Below, in pieces: positions 39,248 through 48,593 of a stretch of DNA of 58,236 nt. The stretch spans positions 1 through 58,236 of the forward strand of contig JAAKFI010000004.1 in NCBI GenBank assembly GCA_011065125.1, given 5' to 3'. The notes beneath the pieces were generated by a model, which did not search any database, was not told the origin of the DNA, and saw only the letters and a program-made list of their open reading frames with translations. Within the stretch, counting starts at the first letter, position 1, and the number at the start of each line of letters is the position of its first letter. The DNA is from Candidatus Anoxychlamydiales bacterium (GTDB taxonomy: Bacteria; Chlamydiota; Chlamydiia; Chlamydiales; SM23-39). Made by a program: the position numbers and the translations under genes.

Positions 39248-41338
39248 ATGACAGTATATAAACTAGAAAAAGAAATTTATAAAAATGATATTTTTAAAAT
39301 AAAACCATATTTTCATCTTCCAAGTAATTACATCCCCAAAAATATTGACTTATTTATTGAATCTATTGAAAGTCTGCTTTTTGAAATTTTACCAAAGGAC
39401 TTTATAGAACATAAAAATTTATCAAAAGATGATCTTAAAAATATATTTTTGAAATTAAATCAATCAATTCCATTATTTTATACAAGCGAATTTAAAAACC
39501 CCCCATTTTGTCTTTCTTTTTCTCTTCTTTGCTCAGCTGATCATACTCATGGAATAGGTAGATTTATAGGAGATTTGTTAAGTAAATGGTTAATGCCGGG
39601 TAGATCTCTTGCTATTAATTCACATAGATCCTTAATGTTTTCTTTTATTCACAATCCAAATAAAAATTTATATATAAGTGAATATTTCATATCTGTAGAT
39701 GATACAAAACAACTAAATCTATTAAAAAATAATTTAAGCTCATTTATTGAAGAACTTAAAATTATTTTGCTCTCTGTTTATAATGCTAGGCAAATAGTAT
39801 CCACTCAAAAATTGTCACAAAAACAAAAATCAATAATGATTCAAGAAAATTTAGACTCATTATTAGATAAAAATCAAAAAGCTGGAAATTCCGCTTTCGA
39901 TCAAATGCATAATTTTATGGTAAAATTATCCCATGAAAAAAAATTAAGTGAGATAAAAGAAAATTTAGCTTATTTAATGAATAAAAAACCTATCAATATA
40001 GATAGAGATATATTCGATTCAATCCATAATGTATCTTTACTATTCAAAGGTAGCTTTTCTGATGAAAGATCTCCAAAACATATTAGTAGAATAATCTCTT
40101 ATCAATATTTATTTAAAAAATCTTTAAAACAAGTTTTATCCTCAATAAAAACACAAAAAAGACATATTTATTTAAAACTTCTTCAAACGAAATATGCAAA
40201 TAAGGAAAGTACCACGCTTGGTATTTTAATAGTGATGAATCTGCTGCATGAAAATGAACATTTTGAAAAAGGTTATATTTTGGATGCTCTTTCAGGTTTA
40301 ATAAAAGATTATGTATATGTTGATGGATCTTATGTAATTGATTATAGAGATGATAAAATGCTCTCTTTTTATTTAGAAATAGATAAGTTAAATGCAAAAC
40401 GATTTCAAAAAGATGAAATCAATGATATTAGAGATAAATTGCATTTAGAGCTAAAATATAAAATGTTAAATGTAGTGCATCCTATTTTCTTACCAAGAAA
40501 TGAAGAAGAAGTGCTTAGAAACATTATTGTTTTATCAAAACAATTAAAATATGTAAAAGACATACCTCAAGTTATAATTTCATATGATAAACAAACGCAA
40601 AAAGAAATATCTTTTAATATTATATTGCTTAGATTAATTAAAAAAAATACCACCTCTTTAAAAGAAGCATTCTCAAATTCAATTATTAAATCTAAATATT
40701 TTGAAGATGAAGTTAAAATTGTAGGTAAATTAAAAAATAAATATCCCAAAGAAGCAAATATTTTTAGATTAAATATTAAGAAATTCCCTTTTTTAAGAAG
40801 AGACTATTCCCTTGATTTAAGAAAAGCTAGACTCTTTATTGTTAATGAACTTAAAAGATCTATTAAAGATTTTAGAGATTTTAATGGGGGTATGATTTCC
40901 AAACAATGTGAATCTCTAGATGATTTAAAAGCTTCTTTTTGTAAATTAAAAAAACATCAAGAATTCTATTTAGAAAACTTTTTTTATTCCCTAAGACCTG
41001 GGATTATGCAAACTATTTTAGATACATCAATTTTAAAAAACTTTTATTTATTGTTGATGGATCTTATTTCGCAAAGTTTATCTGAAAAAAAATGCACAAT
41101 AAAAACATTAAATTTTAAAAAACATTATTTCATTATTATTGGATCTTCAAGTTCTAAGTTCAAAGAAGAAGTTATTTATTTAGTAAATAAAATCAAACTC
41201 TCATCATTTGAACTTACATCAGCTTCATTCAATACAAATGATGTTTTTACACTTGGGTATATTCTACAATCAGAAGATGAAAAAAAGAAGAAATTACTTC
41301 ACGATACAATAACAGAAGCTATCTCTCATGTCTTTTAG
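39248..41338 (+). CDS. Large hypothetical protein
   Basis: 696-aa uninterrupted ORF starting 10 nt after the oppA stop. No motif recognised. Confidence 0.45.
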   Translation: MTVYKLEKEIYKNDIFKIKPYFHLPSNYIPKNIDLFIESIESLLFEILPKDFIEHKNLSKDDLKNIFLKLNQSIPLFYTSEFKNPPFCLSFSLLCSADHTHGIGRFIGDLLSKWLMPGRSLAINSHRSLMFSFIHNPNKNLYISEYFISVDDTKQLNLLKNNLSSFIEELKIILLSVYNARQIVSTQKLSQKQKSIMIQENLDSLLDKNQKAGNSAFDQMHNFMVKLSHEKKLSEIKENLAYLMNKKPINIDRDIFDSIHNVSLLFKGSFSDERSPKHISRIISYQYLFKKSLKQVLSSIKTQKRHIYLKLLQTKYANKESTTLGILIVMNLLHENEHFEKGYILDALSGLIKDYVYVDGSYVIDYRDDKMLSFYLEIDKLNAKRFQKDEINDIRDKLHLELKYKMLNVVHPIFLPRNEEEVLRNIIVLSKQLKYVKDIPQVIISYDKQTQKEISFNIILLRLIKKNTTSLKEAFSNSIIKSKYFEDEVKIVGKLKNKYPKEANIFRLNIKKFPFLRRDYSLDLRKARLFIVNELKRSIKDFRDFNGGMISKQCESLDDLKASFCKLKKHQEFYLENFFYSLRPGIMQTILDTSILKNFYLLLMDLISQSLSEKKCTIKTLNFKKHYFIIIGSSSSKFKEEVIYLVNKIKLSSFELTSASFNTNDVFTLGYILQSEDEKKKKLLHDTITEAISHVF

Positions 41339-41343
41339 AGATT

Positions 41344-42141
41344 TTAATATATTCTAAATTTTCTACTGTTGTTATTAAATTCTCCTTCAACTCTTTGATC
41401 ATTTTTATCTAATAACTCTAGTTTAATTTTATGAGTTCCTTTTTTAAGACCATAAATATAATAAGGAGTCCATCTTGTTAAAATTCTAGTTATTTTATTA
41501 TCTACTATAACTTTAACTTTATACCCATCTTGTGAAAGTTCACAATTTGAAATATAAAAATCTAATAATATAGGCTCTTGTTCTTTGAATCTCATATAAC
41601 TACTTGGTTCATTATATGTAATATAAGGAGCATCTAAATCTTGATCAATTTTTGGATCTAATGAGTTAACATAAAAGTATGATGAAGCAAATCCCTCACT
41701 ACTTTTTATAGATTCACCAAAAGATCTTGCTAAAAAAACTCTAATAGAATGCTCTCCACTATCTAAACTAAAAGGTATTTTGAATTTATACATAGATTCA
41801 TAATAATTTCCTTCCTCATCAAATGGAGCTATGCTAGGACCTGCTTTTGCAAAGTATGACTCATTATCTATTATAACATGTATACTTTGACCTAATCTTG
41901 AATTTGCAAGATCATTTGTTCTTGGCACTTGTGATCTATTACCAATTGAAAATCCCCTTACTCTAAGTTGAACTTTAACGTCTGAGCTAGTTTCCGTTTT
42001 ATTAGTTTTAGGAAAAACAATTGAAATAGCTGCATTTTCTGACATTGGTGATTCATTTACAGATATTATCTGAACTAAATCACTTGCAAAACCACTAATG
42101 GATAAAAAAGATAATAATACAGTAAAAATAACCTTTTTCAT
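41344..42141 (-). CDS. Secreted protein with two beta-sandwich-like repeats (DUF4399-like pattern)
   Basis: Signal peptide MKKVIFTVLLSFLSISGFA, with the start chosen at 42141. The pattern repeats: GQSIHVIIDN...GEHSIRVFL, then GYKVKVIVDN...GTHKIKLELL. Confidence 0.45.
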   Translation of the reverse strand: MKKVIFTVLLSFLSISGFASDLVQIISVNESPMSENAAISIVFPKTNKTETSSDVKVQLRVRGFSIGNRSQVPRTNDLANSRLGQSIHVIIDNESYFAKAGPSIAPFDEEGNYYESMYKFKIPFSLDSGEHSIRVFLARSFGESIKSSEGFASSYFYVNSLDPKIDQDLDAPYITYNEPSSYMRFKEQEPILLDFYISNCELSQDGYKVKVIVDNKITRILTRWTPYYIYGLKKGTHKIKLELLDKNDQRVEGEFNNNSRKFRIY

Positions 42142-42297
42142 AACAAACCTCTTTTTTTTGGATAATTGCATTTTTTTTTATCCTATGCAATATTTTTTTA
42201 AATGATTTTTATAAATAATAATTATATAAAATCCTTATTGATTTAAGTTAAGCATTTTAATAAATACTATAAGCTCTTAAATACTAACTATATGAAA

Positions 42298-43188
42298 TTA
42301 TTTTTTGTTTTTAATATTGATTTTTTGATACACACTACAAAAGGTAGCTCCATATAAAAAAATATACCAACTTATTTGAAGCCATATTAAAAAAAGTGGA
42401 AGAGCTGCAAAGCTTCCATATATGGCATTATACTTTGTAAAGCCTACTTGGAAATACACATAATAGTATTGAACTATTTGATACACAATACTAGTAAACA
42501 AAGCGGAAAGCATCGCAAATCTTAGCTTTACTTTAGTATTAGGTATATATATAAATAAAAATGCAAAAAGCGCCCAAATTAACACATATGTTGATAACTT
42601 AAGAAAAAAGACGGCTATATTTTCATGAAAAGTTGTAACTTGGATATTAGATACAATTTTTAAAAGATATACTTTAATACTACTAAATAAAACTATAAAA
42701 AGAGGAATTAAAAATATTACTGAAACATAAAGACTAAATCTATTTTTTATTTTTCTTTTTTTAGCTTTCCAAATTAAATTTAAAGTGTTTTCAATATTAG
42801 AAAATAGTTTAAGCAAACTATAAAACAAAAAAAGAGCACCAATTATAGCAACTATTCCTCCTTTAGTCTGCATTATGAAGTTATTTGTAAAAGTTATTAA
42901 TTCTTCAATTAGTTCTTTCTGAGATTCAAATCTTTCAATTAATTCAGTTTCCAAAAAAGATCTAAGACCAAAAAATGTACCAATTCCAAAAAAAATAGCA
43001 AATATTGGCACTATAGACATCAAAGTAAAATACGTTAAAGCAGGAGCTCTTAGAGATAATTTGTTTTTTACAAATCTTTTGAAGGTAAAATAAAAAACAT
43101 TAATTAATTTATTTAAAAAAGCTCTTTTTTTTATAAATTTAAAAAAATAACTTTTAGTTTTTTTAAATGATTTTCGTTTATGTTTCAT
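42298..43188 (-). CDS. YihY/BrkB family inner membrane protein
   Basis: 296 aa with six hydrophobic helices. RAPALTYFTLMSIVP and YGSFAALPLFLIWLQISWYIFLYGA motifs. Confidence 0.8.
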   Translation of the reverse strand: MKHKRKSFKKTKSYFFKFIKKRAFLNKLINVFYFTFKRFVKNKLSLRAPALTYFTLMSIVPIFAIFFGIGTFFGLRSFLETELIERFESQKELIEELITFTNNFIMQTKGGIVAIIGALFLFYSLLKLFSNIENTLNLIWKAKKRKIKNRFSLYVSVIFLIPLFIVLFSSIKVYLLKIVSNIQVTTFHENIAVFFLKLSTYVLIWALFAFLFIYIPNTKVKLRFAMLSALFTSIVYQIVQYYYVYFQVGFTKYNAIYGSFAALPLFLIWLQISWYIFLYGATFCSVYQKINIKNKK

Positions 43189-43291
43189 TTTTTTATCCTT
43201 AGCTTTAAAATAAATTAAAAATAATTGATATAAAAGAAAAAAATTGTTCTTTCAATTTTTTTTAATTAATATATAGAAAAAAGAGGAGTAT

Positions 43292-43918
43292 ATGTATTTC
43301 AAAGATAGAATAGATGCAGCTAATAAATTAAAAATAGCATTAGAAAAATATAAAAATAAAGATGTTGTTGTTTTAGCGCTTTTAAGAGGTGGAATTATCA
43401 TTGCTGATATAATAGCCACTTATCTAAATGCAAAATTAGATATAATAATTTGCAAAAAGTTATCTTCCCCTGATAGCAGTGAGCTTGCTATTGGATCTAT
43501 TTGCAGCAATGAAGTTTATTTAAATGAAGATCTAATTAAGAACTTAAATATTAACAAAGATTATATAGAAAAAGAAATAGAAAGAAAAAAGAATGAATGT
43601 ATAACAAAAGAGAAGCTGTATAGAAATTACAATCAAATAGATATAACAAATAAAACTATTATTTTAGTAGATGATGGGATTGCTACAGGATCAACAATAA
43701 TATCAGCAATTAATGCTCTGAAAAATAAAGCAAAAAAAATAGTAATAGCCTCGCCTGTTACATCTATTGAAGCTTCTAAAAAAATAAAGCAGTTAGTAGA
43801 TGATTTTATATGTTTGAATATACCTTCAGATTTTTTTTCTATATCTGAATTTTATGAAGATTTTGAACAAATAGACGATTGTAAAGTAACTGAAATCTTA
43901 AAAAACCATTTCAAATAA
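43292..43918 (+). CDS. Phosphoribosyltransferase-domain protein (COG1926-type)
   Basis: FKDRIDAANKL start, VLALLRGG, and the PRPP loop IILVDDGIATGST. Confidence 0.8.
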   Translation: MYFKDRIDAANKLKIALEKYKNKDVVVLALLRGGIIIADIIATYLNAKLDIIICKKLSSPDSSELAIGSICSNEVYLNEDLIKNLNINKDYIEKEIERKKNECITKEKLYRNYNQIDITNKTIILVDDGIATGSTIISAINALKNKAKKIVIASPVTSIEASKKIKQLVDDFICLNIPSDFFSISEFYEDFEQIDDCKVTEILKNHFK

Positions 43919-43965
43919 TTTTTTTATTTAGTAGCCTTTTTGTTTTTTAATAAAAGAGGTTATTA

Positions 43966-44673
43966 ATGGATCACATTTCAATAGATTCCTTACCAAGTGA
44001 AATAATTTTTAATTTAAAAGAACATCATTTCACAATTGAAAAAAAGCCAATAGTGCATAAGCCTATATTTGAATTTGAAGATTTTAAAATTAAAGCTATA
44101 GAAAAATTTCCAAATAGAAAAGATCTTTTATATTGTGCAAATCAAATTAAAAATTTGTTCATAGAGGGATTTAAATGGGAAGATCTAGCTTTTATAATGA
44201 ATTATGCTAATAAATTTATAGATCAATATAACAACATATCTAATTATAAAAAAAGACAAGGAATTATAACTATAATTAATCTATTAATTGATATAACAGA
44301 TACACCTTATCTACCTGATATAATTTTTGATTCTATCTTTAAAATGATTGCTGAAAATATAGTTTATTTAATTTTACCAGATCCCATGGAAGACTCCTCT
44401 GAAAACGCATCAAACTTAAATGTTGATGATTTTGCAAATGATTTATTAAAAGAATATAAAGTAATAGATTTCAAAGATCTATCTGAAATTACAAATAAAT
44501 CAATTTCTTTTGCTAAGAAACACGATCTACCTAAAGAGAAAAAAATTGAAATAGCTACTTATCTAGTTGATTCGATTATTGACAATGCAAATACACCTTA
44601 TATTCAAAATTATTATACTGATGGGATTATGAAAGATATTTCTTATGGGTTTATTATAGAACTAATAGAGTAG
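43966..44673 (+). CDS. Hypothetical protein with an internal duplication
   Basis: 235 aa. Res ~99-136 and ~193-235 repeat the pattern I..L(I/V)D....TPY.......D.I.K.I......LI. Confidence 0.4.
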   Translation: MDHISIDSLPSEIIFNLKEHHFTIEKKPIVHKPIFEFEDFKIKAIEKFPNRKDLLYCANQIKNLFIEGFKWEDLAFIMNYANKFIDQYNNISNYKKRQGIITIINLLIDITDTPYLPDIIFDSIFKMIAENIVYLILPDPMEDSSENASNLNVDDFANDLLKEYKVIDFKDLSEITNKSISFAKKHDLPKEKKIEIATYLVDSIIDNANTPYIQNYYTDGIMKDISYGFIIELIE

Positions 44674-44716
44674 CATAAAATCATTCCACTAGAAATCTAT
44701 TTGAAAAATTTATATA

Positions 44717-45391
44717 ATGTTTTTAAAAAATAACTTTTTTATGCAAAAAAAAAATATTGAAATACCTTTATCAAATAATGTTTTAAATGGAGAATTAACT
44801 CTTGTTGATAATCCAATTGGGATAGCTATCTTTGCACATGGCAGTGGCAGTTCTAGATTTAGCAAAAGAAATCAATTAGTTGCTAAAATATTAAACGAAC
44901 AAAAAATATCTACATTACTATTCGATTTACTAACAAATGAAGAAGAGGAATTAGACAAAGAAACTTTAGAATATAGATTTAACATTCAACTTTTATCTAA
45001 AAGGTTGCTTACAGCCACTAAATGGATTCAAAGCAACCCTAATATTAAAAATTTAAAGATAGGCTATTTTGGCGCTTCTACAGGAGCTGCAGCGGCCTTG
45101 ATTGCAGCAAGCTCTATACCAAATGAAATAAAAGCTATAGTTTCAAGAGGAGGTAGACCTGATTTAGCAAATTCATATTTATCTCAAATATCTTCCCCTA
45201 CTTTATTAATAGTGGGAGAATTAGATTTTACAGTCTTAAAGTTGAATGAAGAAGCATATAATCAAATAAATTGTGAAAAAGATATAAAAATTATTAAAAA
45301 TGCAACTCATGTATTTGAGGAAGGTCATTCACTAGAAGAAGTTGCAATGCTTGCATCAAAATGGTTTGAAAAATATTTTTTATCTAAATAA
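44717..45391 (+). CDS. Dienelactone hydrolase-family alpha/beta hydrolase
   Basis: FAHGSGSSRFSKRNQLVAKIL...TLLFDLLT and GYFGASTGAAAAL nucleophile elbow. This is the family that occurs fused to the PRTase domain in other bacteria. Confidence 0.8.
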   Translation: MFLKNNFFMQKKNIEIPLSNNVLNGELTLVDNPIGIAIFAHGSGSSRFSKRNQLVAKILNEQKISTLLFDLLTNEEEELDKETLEYRFNIQLLSKRLLTATKWIQSNPNIKNLKIGYFGASTGAAAALIAASSIPNEIKAIVSRGGRPDLANSYLSQISSPTLLIVGELDFTVLKLNEEAYNQINCEKDIKIIKNATHVFEEGHSLEEVAMLASKWFEKYFLSK

Positions 45392-46263
45392 GTATTTTCA
45401 AAATCTTTAATTATTTTTTCTGATTCGTTTAATAAAACAACCAACTTTTCTGGATAGCGTTTCATTAAATATCTTCTCAGCGATTTTGTTGATCTAATTA
45501 TTTCTTTTTTAAAAAAATAAGGCTCTTTTAATTTTTCATCCAAATAAGTTCTTCCGACATCGATAGTAATTACTTTATTATTTAAAACAGCATAGTTAGA
45601 ATGCCTTCTATCTAAATCGCTATCAATTACTAAAGCCTTTGCTCTTTTTTCTATGACATTTAAGTAATCTTTGATCAAGTGATCTTTAAGAGAATCCTCT
45701 GCTTTATCTAGTGCCTCATAAAAAATAAAATTTGCTTTTTTTTGTAAGATAAATACAACCTCATCTAAATCAACTGAATTTTTTCTATTTAACTTATCAA
45801 AAAAGTTAAGTGTTTTATTAAAACAATTTGTTCGATAAGGGTGAACATATACTAGAGCAGCTTCATCTCTAAAATTATCAAAAGCTAAATCTAAAGCCCT
45901 GCAGTCTTCTAAAAATCTTTTTTTTCTTCTTTCATAGTGTTTTTTTATATATTTTGAATTAAAGACATTATTCTTTAAAAGCTCTACATCATATCTTCTA
46001 CTGTTCAAAAACTTAATTACATATTTATCATCGTCAGATACGAAAACAAAGGATTGCCTGCCTCTAGCTAGATACTTAAAGTTTTGATCTAAAATAGAGC
46101 TGATTTCATCAATATTTTCAGTTTTTTTATTTGAAAAAACTAAAGGCTTTTGAATTAGCCTTAAACTAAATCCATCAGTTCTTATATAACCTAAAAAAAT
46201 TAATAATATAAGTATTTTTAAAGTTACAACATAAACTAAAATCTTATTTTTTATATTCATCAA
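45325..46263 (-). CDS. Signal-anchored protein-kinase-like (PKL) fold protein, paralog 1
   Basis: N-terminal TM helix. FKYLARGRQSFVFVSDDDKYVIKFL (Gly-loop-like plus an invariant Lys strand), LVYVH, FILQKKA, DSDLDRRHSN, and VITIDVG (DFG-like). Confidence 0.5.
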   Translation of the reverse strand: MMNIKNKILVYVVTLKILILLIFLGYIRTDGFSLRLIQKPLVFSNKKTENIDEISSILDQNFKYLARGRQSFVFVSDDDKYVIKFLNSRRYDVELLKNNVFNSKYIKKHYERRKKRFLEDCRALDLAFDNFRDEAALVYVHPYRTNCFNKTLNFFDKLNRKNSVDLDEVVFILQKKANFIFYEALDKAEDSLKDHLIKDYLNVIEKRAKALVIDSDLDRRHSNYAVLNNKVITIDVGRTYLDEKLKEPYFFKKEIIRSTKSLRRYLMKRYPEKLVVLLNESEKIIKDFENTYLDKKYFSNHFDASIATSSSE

Positions 46264-47077
46264 ATCTATCTATGTAATATGTATTTAATTTTATATTGTT
46301 TTTTATTTCATCAAATAGTCTATAAGTATTCTTTTTAAACATATCATATTCACTTATTTTTTTATTATCTTTAAAATGAAAACTTCCTATATCAAAAATA
46401 ATTAATTTATTTTCATGAATTCCTATATTTTTTAAATGATAATCATCATATGCAAAACCAGTTTTATCAATATCTTTTATTAAATTAAAATATAATAAAA
46501 TTAGATTTTTTTTATAGTCATTCGAAATATATTTATTATGAAAAATATCATAAATGCATTGAACTTTCTTTTGAATTACAAAATATGATCTATCTAAATT
46601 TATATTGTGTTTTCTATGAAGCTTATAATAGACATTTAAAAATTTATTTGATTTTGTATTATTTAGATGAACATATATTAAAGCTGTTTGATCTTTTAAA
46701 TTTTCATATACTTGAAAAATATTTTTTTTGAGATTATGAAATTTAAGTTTTTGATAAAAATCCTTCCTTTGATGTTTATTTGAAAATAATTTTAAAAATT
46801 TGTAAAAAAAACGATCTTGTCTGTAGGATTTTAAAAATTTTATAACATAGTTTTTATCTTCGCTTATAAATACATAAAATTGACTTCCTTGCGATAAATA
46901 ATAAAACTTTTGTTTTAAAATATGATCATAACTTTTTAAATCATCTTCAATAAAAACGGTATTTTCAATATTAATTTTATTTTGGGAAAAATTAAAAACT
47001 TTTTTAGAAGAACGAGCTAAAACAATACTCATTAAAACGATAATTAATATTTTTGCAAAAGATTGGAAAACTTTCAT
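46244..47077 (-). CDS. Signal-anchored protein-kinase-like (PKL) fold protein, paralog 2
   Basis: FYYLSQGSQFYVFISEDKNYVIKFL, LIYVH, FVIQKKV, DDYHLKNIG, and IIFDIGSF. Overlaps paralog 1 by 20 nt. Confidence 0.5.
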   Translation of the reverse strand: MKVFQSFAKILIIVLMSIVLARSSKKVFNFSQNKINIENTVFIEDDLKSYDHILKQKFYYLSQGSQFYVFISEDKNYVIKFLKSYRQDRFFYKFLKLFSNKHQRKDFYQKLKFHNLKKNIFQVYENLKDQTALIYVHLNNTKSNKFLNVYYKLHRKHNINLDRSYFVIQKKVQCIYDIFHNKYISNDYKKNLILLYFNLIKDIDKTGFAYDDYHLKNIGIHENKLIIFDIGSFHFKDNKKISEYDMFKKNTYRLFDEIKNNIKLNTYYIDRFDEYKK

Positions 47078-47964
47078 TTTAAATTAGATTTTTTACTTTT
47101 CTCATATATTTTTTCATCTAAAAAAACTGTTAAGTCAGGACTGTATTTGTTTGTCCATCTCTTATAATATTTAATAAATTTATTAAACTCCCTTTCATAT
47201 ATAAATTTATTATTTAAATTCTCTATTTTTTTAAAACTTCCAAGGTCTGTAAAAATAACAGTATTCTCAATAATCCCTGCATTTTTTATACAATTATAAT
47301 CAGAATTTATAAATCCTTTTTTATAAATAGAATCTGTTAAATTTATAAATGAAAGTGTGGTTTTTTGAAGGATAGTTTTATTATTTTTGTTGTTTTGTAA
47401 ATGCTTACTTAATGAATCCGCTTTTTTTTGCAGTATAAACCCATAATCATCTAAATTAATTTTATATTTTTGATTGAATTTATCTAATAGTGTAACTTTT
47501 TTATTTAAGTTATTTGTTTGATTTAAATGGATATATAAAATTTTAGTTTCATCTTTTAAGTAATCAAATGCTATTTTGTAACTATTAATTGATTGTAGAA
47601 ACAGCTTTTCTTTATGCTTTTTTATTTTATTATAATAATTATCTAAAAAATACTTTGAGTGCAGATTATCAAGCCAAAAAGGCACTTTATATCTATGAAA
47701 TCTAATAAATTTTAAAACATAATTTTCATCTTCGCTAATAAAAACATATGTTTGACAACCTTTAGATAAATATTTAAATCTTTGAGATATAATTTCATCA
47801 ATTTCATTAGATTGATCTTCGTTTTGGATCTTATTATTATAAAAAGAAACAAAATTAATTTTGTCAATTCTAAAACCATCTGTATATAACTGATAAAATT
47901 TTATGCAAAGACTGCTTATAACAATAAGAGATAAAATTTTGATTGAAATTATAAACTTTTTCAT
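47074..47964 (-). CDS. Signal-anchored protein-kinase-like (PKL) fold protein, paralog 3
   Basis: FKYLSKGCQTYVFISEDENYVLKFI, ILYIH, FILQKKA, SDYNCIKNAG, and VIFTDLGSF. Overlaps paralog 2 by 4 nt. Confidence 0.5.
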   Translation of the reverse strand: MKKFIISIKILSLIVISSLCIKFYQLYTDGFRIDKINFVSFYNNKIQNEDQSNEIDEIISQRFKYLSKGCQTYVFISEDENYVLKFIRFHRYKVPFWLDNLHSKYFLDNYYNKIKKHKEKLFLQSINSYKIAFDYLKDETKILYIHLNQTNNLNKKVTLLDKFNQKYKINLDDYGFILQKKADSLSKHLQNNKNNKTILQKTTLSFINLTDSIYKKGFINSDYNCIKNAGIIENTVIFTDLGSFKKIENLNNKFIYEREFNKFIKYYKRWTNKYSPDLTVFLDEKIYEKSKKSNLK

Positions 47965-48050
47965 AAATAAAATTTTTATTTACTAATGGGTGTTTTAACA
48001 ATATAATAACATAAAATAAGAATTCTAATATATTTTTTTTTGGAGGTTAT

Positions 48051-48593
48051 ATGTTTTTTGATGCTTTTAACCCAGATACAGAAATTGATAAAAAACCAAG
48101 CGAAGTTATTTATCATGTAAATTTAAATAAATGTTCATTTTTTGCTAAAATGATAAAAATACCTAAAATGAATACTGCAGAAAATCTTTCTTATCAAGAT
48201 CTTCCAAGGACTCTAGAAGATGAAACTAAAATAAATGAATTAATTACAACTTTAGGTTCTCATGGAAAAATAGATCTACTATTTAAACATTACAGTAGAT
48301 TAAATAAAATTGGTGATGAACTTAGATATTTACATCCTTTTAAATTCTTAGGTTATATCTTTTCTCAACCTAATTTAAAAAATTATATGAAAGATGTTTT
48401 TGAAGACTATTTTAAAAGAACAAATTTTGTAAAAGATTTTGCTAAAACATGTGATATGTATGATTTAAGAAATCAACTTTACAAGTATTTAGATAACTTT
48501 TCTAATGAAGTTAATGTTCCCTCTGAAAAATTAAAAAAGTATGTTGATAAAAAAGATTGGAAAGGTCTTTTAAAATGCTTAGTATACTATTGA
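48051..48593 (+). CDS. Hypothetical protein
   Basis: 180-aa ORF with a GGAGG RBS upstream and no recognised motif. It overlaps the convergent glycosyltransferase stop by 7 nt. Confidence 0.4.
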   Translation: MFFDAFNPDTEIDKKPSEVIYHVNLNKCSFFAKMIKIPKMNTAENLSYQDLPRTLEDETKINELITTLGSHGKIDLLFKHYSRLNKIGDELRYLHPFKFLGYIFSQPNLKNYMKDVFEDYFKRTNFVKDFAKTCDMYDLRNQLYKYLDNFSNEVNVPSEKLKKYVDKKDWKGLLKCLVYY

